NCBI GenBank assembly: GCA_964574575.1
Contig: CAZNNZ010000003.1
Coordinates: forward strand, 1 to 39,711
From: an uncultured Planctomycetales bacterium
Lineage (GTDB): Bacteria > Omnitrophota > Gorgyraeia > Zapsychrales > JANLHA01
Direction of reading: 5' to 3'
DNA: 39,711 nucleotides
Shown: one piece after another, positions 7,532 through 15,824 of the stretch
How the letters are laid out: every line of letters begins with the position of its first letter
Position numbering within the stretch: position 1 is the first letter of the stretch
Program-made: the position numbers and the translations under genes
The notes under the pieces: model-generated
What the model was told of the DNA's origin: nothing
Databases searched by the model: none
What the model saw: the letters and a program-made list of their open reading frames with translations, nothing else

Positions 7532-8499
7532 GATTTGAAATCCTCAACTTTGGTCCAGCCTTCACCCGGATTAAATTCTTTCATCTCTTTGGCAATATTT
7601 TCTGTATCTTCCCCTAAATCACTCTGATAAACAATGCCGTCATGATTAACAATAAACGTCATGACTCCGGAATTACCATAGTCCGCCGGATAAGCCACAA
7701 CCGCAAAACCGCCAATCATTTTGCCATTAACAATATAATCATATTTGCCGCCGGGAGCATTTTCCCCTTGAGCTTTTAACATCCGATAAAAATATCCGTG
7801 AAAAGCCACTGGTTCTTCGCTAAGCGAATTTTTTGCATAACCTTCCTCTCTGGCTTTAGCAACGCCTTCCCCCAATGGGCTTTGAGGTTCACCCTCCAAC
7901 GTTTCCCAATAAAGCCCGTTTTTTTGCCCCGGATCACTGCGAAACTTTTCCGCATAAGCTGGTGTTGCGTCGCCATCGCGGTCTTTGAGGGCATACTCGC
8001 GCTGGGCATCCACGATCGCTAAACAAACCTGAATAGTATCCAATTCATTTTGACCTACACGACGGTTTAAAAGTTCGTCTTTACCTTTGGCTGTATCAAA
8101 AAACCATGTCTCTCCACTTTTGACCAGTGGAATAGGGAAAGGCCATTCTTCTGTACCAATTTCCAGCACCATGTTGTCACCTTGCGCCACAAGTTTATTT
8201 TTTTCATCATACGCCTTCAAAAACCGTTCACGTCCGTGCAAGTCGCTGACGGCATCTCCGGAGTCAAACAATTCTTGCCCTTGAGAACCAAAAATATTTA
8301 TAAATTCTGTCTGATTGTTGTTTCGCACAGCGTCGATCGCCGCATTGATCGCCTGCTGGGGAGAAGAAAACATTTTTGGTGGCGTTTCACCAGCGAAAGA
8401 TACTAAGACAAATACCGTGAACATCATGGCTGCGCAAATGGCGGTTATCCTCAAGAAAAACCCGACGAGAGCCTCTCCTTTTTCACTTTTAAAAATCAT
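7528..8499 (-). CDS. DUF2950-family secreted or membrane-anchored protein
   Basis: C-terminal block FHGYFYRMLKAQGENAPGGKYDYIVNGKMIGGFAVVAYPADYGNSGVMTFIVNHDGIVYQSDLG matches my recollection of the DUF2950 consensus. There is an N-terminal hydrophobic anchor (ITAICAAMMFTVFVLVSFA). I prefer the ATG at 8499 (MIFKSEKGE, GAGGGG SD 6-7 nt upstream) over the track's TTG at 8535. Confidence 0.8.
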   Translation of the reverse strand: MIFKSEKGEALVGFFLRITAICAAMMFTVFVLVSFAGETPPKMFSSPQQAINAAIDAVRNNNQTEFINIFGSQGQELFDSGDAVSDLHGRERFLKAYDEKNKLVAQGDNMVLEIGTEEWPFPIPLVKSGETWFFDTAKGKDELLNRRVGQNELDTIQVCLAIVDAQREYALKDRDGDATPAYAEKFRSDPGQKNGLYWETLEGEPQSPLGEGVAKAREEGYAKNSLSEEPVAFHGYFYRMLKAQGENAPGGKYDYIVNGKMIGGFAVVAYPADYGNSGVMTFIVNHDGIVYQSDLGEDTENIAKEMKEFNPGEGWTKVEDFKS

Positions 8500-8543
8500 A
8501 TTTTTCCCCTCATAAGTATGTTTAAAATTTTGCAAAGAAATTT

Positions 8544-9893
8544 TTATCTTCGTCCACCACCACGTCCACCACCGCCACGACTACCACCACTGTGAGATCC
8601 CCCAGAACCCGAACGTGCTCCAGTACTGCGCGAACCGCCGCTTGAGCGACTATTCAAACTTTGTTGACCGCGGTTGCTCGATTGTCGTGTCGAACTGCCG
8701 TTATCTATCCCTGAAAAAGCATTATTTGATGACGAGTTTGACCTTTGGCTTGAACGGTTATTGCTTAAATCATTAGTTGCTGCAGATGGTTTTTGACTTG
8801 GACGGCTACTGGCTAAATCACTGGTTCCCGCTGATGGCCTTTGACTAGACAGCCTGTTTTGATCCATCGTTGAAGGCTGACGTCCTTTAAACTGATCGGC
8901 GCCCCCACGAGCGATATCTTGTCGACCCTGCTCGGCACGGCCCCGATAAGCTTCACGTGACTTTGCGGCATCTGTAGTTGATGCTCTGTTATATTTCTGC
9001 GCAGTGCCCTGATCCCTGTAAGAAACACCCTTACGATGGCTGGAATCATGCTTCCATGAACCTTTGCCGGCCTCGCCTGATCGATTATATTGTGAAGCAT
9101 GCTTGCTTCGATCAATATTGTTATTAATGTTAGTATTCCTATTAACGTCAATGTCCACATCCCCGCCATGCCAATTGCAATTTCCCCAAGCATAACCCCA
9201 CGCGGCACCCACTGCAACTCCGGCGGCAAAAGTAAAAGCCGCTGATGCATATGGGTAACTTGGCGGATAGTAATAATATGGAGGATATGAAGGATACCAC
9301 CAAGTTCCGTAAACTACCGTCGGATTATACACCGGCACGTAAACAACTTCAGGATTTGCCGCTTCGATAATGATGACTTGTGGGTTCTGCTCAACGATAA
9401 CGGTCTGCTCTGGAGTTGTTTTAAGATTTCCTTGCTCTTGGGCTTTTTGACGCAATTTTTGAATCGTGTCCATAACATCTTTTTGTTGGGCAAGAAAAGC
9501 ATCGCCTAATTTTTGTGTCCAGTCGAGTTTAGCATTCATCATATCGAGAACCTGCGGAAAATTTATCAAAGACTTAACACTGGGATCCCATTCCTGCGCC
9601 TCAAGAGCTGTGACTTGCTCCTGGCTGCTAAGCTCTGCGGTTGCTTTCAACCAACGGTCAGCCGATACAATTTCCAGCGGATAGGTAGACGCCATCAGAA
9701 TCTGCGAAACCAAAGAATCAGGATAAAGTGCGATGGGTGCCAATAGTTGGTCTAAATCTTCCTGTTTAAATACTGAAGCTTGGCTAGTGCTAGCCGCAGG
9801 CACAGTCTCCTGTGCAAAAGACCCTGGTGGAACTGCCAAAAGCATGATTAAGATAACGGCTAATATCCTTTTATGAATTTTTGAATTTTTCAT
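8544..9893 (-). CDS. DUF3300-family secreted protein with Tyr/Pro-rich middle and Ser/Arg/Gly-rich low-complexity tail
   Basis: Signal peptide MKNSKIHKRILAVILIMLLAVPPGSFAQE. LDQLLAPIALYPDSLVSQILMASTYPLEIVSADRWL matches the DUF3300 signature as I recall it. This is followed by WWYPSYPPYYYYPPSYPY, a Gly/Ala-rich hydrophobic stretch, and a tail ending ...GGSRGGGGRGGGRR. Confidence 0.85.
   Translation of the reverse strand: MKNSKIHKRILAVILIMLLAVPPGSFAQETVPAASTSQASVFKQEDLDQLLAPIALYPDSLVSQILMASTYPLEIVSADRWLKATAELSSQEQVTALEAQEWDPSVKSLINFPQVLDMMNAKLDWTQKLGDAFLAQQKDVMDTIQKLRQKAQEQGNLKTTPEQTVIVEQNPQVIIIEAANPEVVYVPVYNPTVVYGTWWYPSYPPYYYYPPSYPYASAAFTFAAGVAVGAAWGYAWGNCNWHGGDVDIDVNRNTNINNNIDRSKHASQYNRSGEAGKGSWKHDSSHRKGVSYRDQGTAQKYNRASTTDAAKSREAYRGRAEQGRQDIARGGADQFKGRQPSTMDQNRLSSQRPSAGTSDLASSRPSQKPSAATNDLSNNRSSQRSNSSSNNAFSGIDNGSSTRQSSNRGQQSLNSRSSGGSRSTGARSGSGGSHSGGSRGGGGRGGGRR
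8738..8858 (-). repeat. Degenerate tandem repeat of about 48 nt inside the DUF3300 tail (encodes S-x-R-P-S...(S/N)DL-type units)
   Basis: Hand alignment of 8763-8810 (gcttaaatcattagttgctgcagatggtttttgacttggacggctact) with 8811-8858 (ggctaaatcactggttcccgctgatggcctttgactagacagcctgtt) gives about two-thirds identity. A partial third unit lies near 8738-8762. At protein level the units read SSQRPSAGTSDLA / SSRPSQKPSAATNDLS. Confidence 0.4.
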
Positions 9894-9949
9894 CGTCCCT
9901 CCATTTTTTGCCGCAAATTATCTTATAATAGATCGTAAATTTGTTAGGA

Positions 9950-11251
9950 CTAACTTAAGGGCTGGCCAGTCGAGGCAAGGACACCCATCCACAAAATTCC
10001 TTTCGTATCGACCTTTTTTTTCTTACTGACAGCCATCGAAATCGGGATATTAGCAAACGTCCCATTGAGGAAACTGACGACCATTTTGGTCTTTCCGGCC
10101 ATAGCCGCATGAATCGCATTGCGTGCAAACTGATCGCAAAGGATCGCATCATCGACATTCGCGGGAACACTGCGGATAAAATAACTCGGGTCAAAATATT
10201 TGACCTCGGTAGGTACATTAATATTTTTAAAATACGAAATAATCTGTTCTTTAAGATAAACACCGATATCGCCATAACGTTTATTACCGGAATTATCTTT
10301 TTGTGCCGGCAACTGGCTCATTAACTCTTGTCCTGCGCCTTCAGCGACAACCACCAGCGCATGATGAGTCTCATTAAGTCGCTTGCGCAAATTTTCTAAA
10401 AATCCATTGGGGCCTTCCAGCACTATAGGAATCTCGGGAATCAGACAAAAATTAACCTCCTGACTAGCTAAAGTTGCTACCGCAGCAATAAAGCCCGCAT
10501 CGCGTCCCATCAATTTAACAAGTCCCACACCGTTATACGCGTTTTCGGCTTCAACATGGGCGCAACTTAAAATCTGCCGTGAAATTTCGGCGGCGGTAGC
10601 CAATCCAAAAGTACGGGTCATATACATGACATCGTTATCAATGGTTTTTGGAACACCAATAACAGAAATCGGTAATTTACGTCTTGCAATTTCCTCGGCA
10701 ACGTCATTGGCACCGCGCAGCGTCCCATCACCTCCAACGCATAAAAAAATATTAACTTTTAATTCAACCAGATAATCAACGATAACATTAGCTGGTTGCG
10801 GTCCCCGAGAAGAACCCAAAATAGTTCCCCCTTTTTCATGGATGTGACCGACCGTTTCTGGAGTCAACCTCATGGGAGCAAACCCAAGTTGAGGATTGAG
10901 CCCCGCATATCCATAGCGAATGCCCCAGATATTTTTAACGCCATAATTATAGTAAAGTTCCCTCACCGCCGAACGGATCACATTATTAAGCCCTGGGCAA
11001 ATTCCCCCGCAGGTCACAATCGCCGCGGTGGTTTCTTTGGGATCAAAAAAAATATTTTCGCGCGGTCCAGCTTTTTCAAAAAAGATATCGGCAGGTAAAT
11101 CAGATCGCGTACCAGACTCAACCGCATAACGCACACGCGCTTGATCAGAAACAAAAATATTACCGTCGCCACGAGATTCAGCGGCCAATCGCAGTGGCGA
11201 CTTAATGCTTGGAGTTCCCAACACTTGAATTTGAGTATTTAAAGATTCCAT
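9950..11251 (-). CDS. pfk: 6-phosphofructokinase (PfkA superfamily, about 430-aa long form; phosphoryl donor uncertain)
   Basis: Motifs TCGGICPGLNNVIRS, VGGDGTLRGA, GVPKTIDNDV and MGRDAGFIA are the PFK active-site blocks. Confidence 0.9.
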   Translation of the reverse strand: MESLNTQIQVLGTPSIKSPLRLAAESRGDGNIFVSDQARVRYAVESGTRSDLPADIFFEKAGPRENIFFDPKETTAAIVTCGGICPGLNNVIRSAVRELYYNYGVKNIWGIRYGYAGLNPQLGFAPMRLTPETVGHIHEKGGTILGSSRGPQPANVIVDYLVELKVNIFLCVGGDGTLRGANDVAEEIARRKLPISVIGVPKTIDNDVMYMTRTFGLATAAEISRQILSCAHVEAENAYNGVGLVKLMGRDAGFIAAVATLASQEVNFCLIPEIPIVLEGPNGFLENLRKRLNETHHALVVVAEGAGQELMSQLPAQKDNSGNKRYGDIGVYLKEQIISYFKNINVPTEVKYFDPSYFIRSVPANVDDAILCDQFARNAIHAAMAGKTKMVVSFLNGTFANIPISMAVSKKKKVDTKGILWMGVLASTGQPLS

Positions 11252-11268
11252 AGTTTTTAAATGAGGGT

Positions 11269-12174
11269 TTACTTTTCACTCTCCAATTTGTCTTTAGCCG
11301 CGACTAACTCTTTAAGCTTGTTAGCATCAACCTTAGGAAACTGTAAACCCAAACGCGAAAGTTTATCAACAACCGCAGCGGCCACCACCAGACGCGAAAA
11401 CCATTTATTGTCGGCTGGAACCACGTACCATGGAGCATACGGCGTTGCCGTTTCGCGAATCATGTCCTCATACGCTTGCATGTATTCATCCCAATAGCCC
11501 CGTTCATTCATGTCAGCCGAAGAAAATTTCCAATTCTTCTCCTGAATATCCAACCGCTCTAAGAATCGTCTCTTTTGTTCCTCCTTGGAAAGGTGCAAAT
11601 AAAACTTGCAAATCGCAATCCCGTTACGAGACAAATAACGCTCATAGCTGCGAATATCCTGATAACGTTCTTCCCAGATATTTTTGGTGATCAAATCACC
11701 CGGGATTTTTTGTTTTTGAAGATATTCCGGATGAACACGAACCACCAAAAGCTCCTCATAATAGGAACGATTAAAAATCCCTATGCGTCCTCTCGACGGA
11801 AGCTTCTTAGAACAGCGCCAAAGATAATCGTGTTCCAAATCTTCACTGGTTGGCGACTTAAAAGAACTGACTTCACAACCCTGCGGATTGACTCCCGACA
11901 TAACGTGCTTAATAGCGCCATCTTTTCCTGCGGAATCCATGGCCTGAAAGATCAAAAGAACAGACCATTTGCCATTGGCATATAATACTTCTTGAAGTTG
12001 AGCCAGCGCCTCTACACCCATCTGCAGAATTTCTTTGGAACGCGGTTTATCGGCATCACTCAAATGCTGAATGTCCTGCGGGTCGATATCCTTAAGTCGA
12101 AATTTCTTTCCTTTTGTAACCCGATACGGCTTACAAAAAACTTTGGCTCTTTTAATCAACTCTTTGGTCTTCAT
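11269..12174 (-). CDS. ppk2: Polyphosphate kinase 2 family protein (single-domain polyphosphate:nucleotide phosphotransferase)
   Basis: LLIFQAMDSAGKDGAIKHVMSGVNPQGCEVSSFKSPTSEDLEHDYLWRCSKKLPSRGRIGIFNRSYYEELLVVRVHPE is the PPK2 Walker-A-like/lid core. The protein is 301 aa. Its ATG overlaps the atpA TGA (ATGA at 12171-12174). Confidence 0.9.
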   Translation of the reverse strand: MKTKELIKRAKVFCKPYRVTKGKKFRLKDIDPQDIQHLSDADKPRSKEILQMGVEALAQLQEVLYANGKWSVLLIFQAMDSAGKDGAIKHVMSGVNPQGCEVSSFKSPTSEDLEHDYLWRCSKKLPSRGRIGIFNRSYYEELLVVRVHPEYLQKQKIPGDLITKNIWEERYQDIRSYERYLSRNGIAICKFYLHLSKEEQKRRFLERLDIQEKNWKFSSADMNERGYWDEYMQAYEDMIRETATPYAPWYVVPADNKWFSRLVVAAAVVDKLSRLGLQFPKVDANKLKELVAAKDKLESEK

Positions 12175-14039
12175 TTAACCTCCACAGGTTTAGGCTCAAC
12201 CTCAGTCGAGGCAGCGGTCTTGATTAAAGCATATTTTGCTCTCATATCCGCAATCTCTTTTTGATATTTAGCCGCATCCGGAGAACCCGCCGGACTATAG
12301 TTGAGATTTTTGTAAGCACCGGTTAAAAGCGTGAAATACTCCCGTACCTCATCTTTGTTTTTGAAGTTGTATTCGCAGTCAATCAAACTTTTAAGCAAAC
12401 GAAAACTTTCCAACTGTCTTTCACGAGGCATGGAAATATCGACCGCATCAAATGCATCCTGCTGAAGATACACCATGTCAAACAGAGTCGCTTTTTGCCA
12501 ACGGATATAATCTTCAATCGTAACACCCTCTTCGCCAGTGACTTGCATCATCTGGTAAATACTTTCTCCCTGCGCAATCAAACTTTGCATCGCTTTAATA
12601 TCCAAGACCCAATTTTTATCGATATTTTGATTAAACCAATCTTTGAGTTGGTCCAAATATCGCGACCAGGAAATCAAAGGATCAATAGCAGGATAATAAC
12701 GCTTGTAAGCACGGGCATAAGAAAGCCCCAAAAACGATTTTACCGTCGCAAGTGTTGCTTGGGTGACCGGTTCTTCAAAATTACCACCCGCCGGAGAAAC
12801 GGTTCCAATCATGGTCAAACTTCCTGTTGATCCATCTGGGCAGCGCAGAACGCCGGCCCGCTCATACACATTTTTAATTGCAGACTCAAGATACCCGGGA
12901 AATGCTTCCTCGCCGGGAATCTCTTCCATGCGGCCCGAGGTTTCACGCATAGCCTGTGCCCAGCGCGAAGTTGAATCCGCGATAACCAAAACGTTATATC
13001 CCATTTGCCGATAATATTCACCAATGGTCATCCCCGTATAAATAGATGACTCGCGTGCAGCCACAGGCATGGAAGACGTATTACAAATAATAATAGTCCT
13101 ATCCATCAATGACCCACCAGTCTTAGGATCTTTGGTATTAGGATATTCAGCGATTGTTTCGACAACTTCGCCCGCTCTTTCGCCGCAGGCAACAATGATG
13201 ACAATGTCAACCGTTGCATAACGCGCAATCAAGCTCTGCAAAACCGTCTTTCCAGCACCGAACGGACCGGGAATACAGGCCGTACCACCTCTGGCAATTG
13301 GAAAAAACGAATCAATGATTCTAATTGTTGTCGTTAAAGGTTCACTCGGATAAAGCCGTTCTGCCGTCCGGTTCTTGAGCATAACCTGCGGAATCGGACG
13401 TCGCACTGCCCAAGGCTGAGCCATTTTAAGATTTATTGTCTTACCATCGGCAGTACGAACAACAGCCACTGTTTCTTCAACGGAAAAATTTCCTTTTTGT
13501 ATTGAAACGACCTCAACTTCCTCTTTGATATGAAAAGGAACCATGATCTTATTTGTAAAGTGACCTTCGGGAGTCGTGCCAATTATCTGACCGGCGACAA
13601 GTTTAGCGCCCACTGCAACCGCCGGAGTAAATTCCCATTTTTTTTCGGTATTCAGTGGATTAATGTCTTTGCCGCGAGGAAGGAAAAAACCATACTTTTC
13701 GGCAAAAACCGACAGCGGATTTCCCAAACCGTCAAAAACCCCGCCCAAAAGGCCAGGCCCCAAGTTAACCGAAAGCATCTGCCCGGACATTTCAACGCTA
13801 TCCCCGACCTTAACTCCGCTGGTGTCTTCAAAAACCTGCATGTCCGCAGTTCGCCCGCGAATCCGAAGAACTTCGGCCCGCAAACGTTCTTGACCCATAC
13901 AAATAAAGCCAACCTCATTTTTTCGGATCGCACCATCCAACACTTCGATGGTCACAAGGCTTTCGCGCACCTCTACGATCTTGCCTATGATCTTGCCGGC
14001 TTTTTCTTCAGAATTTGATAAACTTTGCATTTTCATCAT
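12171..14039 (-). CDS. atpA: V-type ATPase catalytic subunit A
   Basis: 622 aa with Walker A GPFGAGKTV, the typical V/A-type insertion between the N-terminal barrel and the nucleotide-binding domain, and the SRWAQAMRETSGRMEEIPGEEAFPGYL block. A GGGGAGG SD lies just upstream of the ATG cluster at 14039/14036/14030. Confidence 0.95.
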   Translation of the reverse strand: MMKMQSLSNSEEKAGKIIGKIVEVRESLVTIEVLDGAIRKNEVGFICMGQERLRAEVLRIRGRTADMQVFEDTSGVKVGDSVEMSGQMLSVNLGPGLLGGVFDGLGNPLSVFAEKYGFFLPRGKDINPLNTEKKWEFTPAVAVGAKLVAGQIIGTTPEGHFTNKIMVPFHIKEEVEVVSIQKGNFSVEETVAVVRTADGKTINLKMAQPWAVRRPIPQVMLKNRTAERLYPSEPLTTTIRIIDSFFPIARGGTACIPGPFGAGKTVLQSLIARYATVDIVIIVACGERAGEVVETIAEYPNTKDPKTGGSLMDRTIIICNTSSMPVAARESSIYTGMTIGEYYRQMGYNVLVIADSTSRWAQAMRETSGRMEEIPGEEAFPGYLESAIKNVYERAGVLRCPDGSTGSLTMIGTVSPAGGNFEEPVTQATLATVKSFLGLSYARAYKRYYPAIDPLISWSRYLDQLKDWFNQNIDKNWVLDIKAMQSLIAQGESIYQMMQVTGEEGVTIEDYIRWQKATLFDMVYLQQDAFDAVDISMPRERQLESFRLLKSLIDCEYNFKNKDEVREYFTLLTGAYKNLNYSPAGSPDAAKYQKEIADMRAKYALIKTAASTEVEPKPVEVK

Positions 14040-14691
14040 AAACCTCCCCTACTAACGTTTCAAAACGTTTCCGTGCCTCTTCTGGATTAAATCCCAACCA
14101 ATATTGCAAAATGTTCCATTTAAAAACATACGCCACGATAGATTCGAACATAAATTCTTTTCCGGCAGAAAATTGATCAATTCGTTTCCACGTTTGATTT
14201 AAAATAAGCCGTTCTAACTCCAGCGTTTCTCCAGCATGAAGAAGTTCTCGAACCTTAGGAATCCACGGATAAACTCCAGCCAGACGGAAATCCGGATCAT
14301 CCCAATTCTTTTCAATATGTCCGACAAATCGCCCTAAGCCCCAAGCTTGACCAGCGGCTGGCGCCGGCAAACCGCGAAATTTTCTCCTTAAACCAACCAT
14401 GATCGTCCGCTCCGAAATCCTAAAAAGTATAAAATCTTTCAACTCATCCGGCATAGGCAATTCTGTCAACAGTCTATATTGTTTAACCAACTCTGCGTCA
14501 TTTTCTTTTTTAGCTTGCCCTCTCCAAAAAAGAAATGATTCAATGCTTTTAAGTAATTGAGCATCTTCGGATTCTAACATTCCCAGACGCAGGACAAGTT
14601 TTTCCCGTGTAATAGGCAACCGCTCGGCGCGATCAAAGTGCGGCAAAACAGGAAGACTCGTTACCAAAGTATAATAATATATGTTGGCCAT
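14008..14691 (-). CDS. DUF2764-family protein (the uncharacterised seventh gene of bacterial E/DUF2764/A/B/D/I/K V-ATPase operons; possible C/d-like subunit)
   Basis: The N-terminus MANIYYYTLVTSLPVLPHFD resembles the YYYL(V/A)SSLP(x)L start I associate with DUF2764. It sits between subunits E and A, as in the Chlamydia/Bacteroidetes-type operon. It is 227 aa and overlaps atpA by 32 nt. Confidence 0.7.
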   Translation of the reverse strand: MANIYYYTLVTSLPVLPHFDRAERLPITREKLVLRLGMLESEDAQLLKSIESFLFWRGQAKKENDAELVKQYRLLTELPMPDELKDFILFRISERTIMVGLRRKFRGLPAPAAGQAWGLGRFVGHIEKNWDDPDFRLAGVYPWIPKVRELLHAGETLELERLILNQTWKRIDQFSAGKEFMFESIVAYVFKWNILQYWLGFNPEEARKRFETLVGEVYDENAKFIKF

Positions 14692-14706
14692 AGGGTGTTT
14701 TTATTC

Positions 14707-15372
14707 CTATTCCCGAACAATTTGTCTGTATCGAGGAAGCAAATGTTGAACTAAAAGATCAGTTAAGGCTTTCTCTGTAAGATCGATCTCAAGGTCTTCA
14801 TTCTTAAGCTTAACGCGTATACCAGCACTTGCTCCCGGGCTAGACTTAAATTCAATTCCTTCCCGCAACATATCACGCGTAATTTTTAAAATAAAACCTT
14901 TAATGCGATCTTCTGCGACATCAGGTTGTTCCTTTGTTTCCTGCGTTGACAACAGTCCTGCGGATAACAGCATCTCAATGTCTTGTTTTACTGGGATTTG
15001 GGATCCGCTTTTTCCTGCGATTGCAATAATCATCTCATGCAAAACATTAGTATCCTTTAGTTCTGCGGCAACGAGCCGACGAACATGCGATTCAAAAGCC
15101 GTCCTGACTTCTTTACCCAATCGAAGAACCGAATCACGGGCAGCTAATTTCAAAGCTTCCAGAGAAGCGGCTTTCTCTGCCGCAATCTGATTATCTGATT
15201 TGTCCTTTTCGGCTTTTGCTTCTGCCTTCGCTTTTGCAACGATAATTGCGGCATCTTCTTTGGCCTTAAGAATCATCTTTTGCGCTTCCTCTTTAACCGC
15301 CGCAATCCCATCATTGCGGATCTGATCAATAAGTTCCTGAACTCCGGATATTGTTTGTGTCGTTTCCGCCAT
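14707..15372 (-). CDS. atpE: V-type ATPase subunit E (peripheral stalk)
   Basis: 221 aa. It has a long charged coiled-coil N-terminal half (KEEAQKMILKAKEDAAIIVAKAKAEAKAEKDKSDNQIAAEKAA) and a globular C-terminal half. It begins 2 nt downstream of the atpK stop. Confidence 0.8.
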   Translation of the reverse strand: MAETTQTISGVQELIDQIRNDGIAAVKEEAQKMILKAKEDAAIIVAKAKAEAKAEKDKSDNQIAAEKAASLEALKLAARDSVLRLGKEVRTAFESHVRRLVAAELKDTNVLHEMIIAIAGKSGSQIPVKQDIEMLLSAGLLSTQETKEQPDVAEDRIKGFILKITRDMLREGIEFKSSPGASAGIRVKLKNEDLEIDLTEKALTDLLVQHLLPRYRQIVRE

Positions 15373-15374
15373 GA

Positions 15375-15824
15375 TTATTTACCTCCTAATGAACCCATAA
15401 GAATAAGGGCAAAGACAAACACGAAAACCGAAAAACCCTCGATAATCGCGGCCGGTGCCAATGAAATACCAAAAATTTCTGGCTTATTTTTTGAAGCATT
15501 AATAGCCGCCGCGCAACAAGCACCTTGCCGAATAGCGCTAATCATAAGCCCTAAGCCACAAAGCAAACCAATCGCAAAAATACCCGGCGCAACATTGGCA
15601 TCCATCGGCCTGTTCAAAGCCAACATAATGACGATTCCATAAATCGTCTGCGATGAAGGCATAGCGGAAACGCCAATATAGCGACCGTGTCCTGAATCGG
15701 TATCCACCAGCGCACCACACGCAGCAGCACCGGCGCTTGCGCAACCGATACAACTACCGATAGCTCCCAGTGCCAGCGGTGCATAAACTCCGATCCACCC
15801 TAATGTTATAATTATTTGTTCCAA
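15375..15824 (-). CDS. atpK: V-type ATPase proteolipid subunit K (4-TM c-type subunit)
   Basis: 149 aa and Gly/Ala-rich, with four hydrophobic helices and the essential carboxylate in PAAIIEGFSVFVF. It has a TTG start at 15824 preceded by a perfect AGGAGG. It overlaps the end of atpI by 13 nt. Confidence 0.85.
   Translation of the reverse strand: MEQIIITLGWIGVYAPLALGAIGSCIGCASAGAAACGALVDTDSGHGRYIGVSAMPSSQTIYGIVIMLALNRPMDANVAPGIFAIGLLCGLGLMISAIRQGACCAAAINASKNKPEIFGISLAPAAIIEGFSVFVFVFALILMGSLGGK

Noticed and set aside
9929-9942. Imperfect AT-rich palindrome (atcttataatagat) upstream of the DUF3300 gene as an operator or promoter
   Set aside because: It is only an imperfect, short, AT-rich symmetry, and I found no convincing -35 element at proper spacing. 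It cannot be distinguished from chance in AT-rich spacer DNA.
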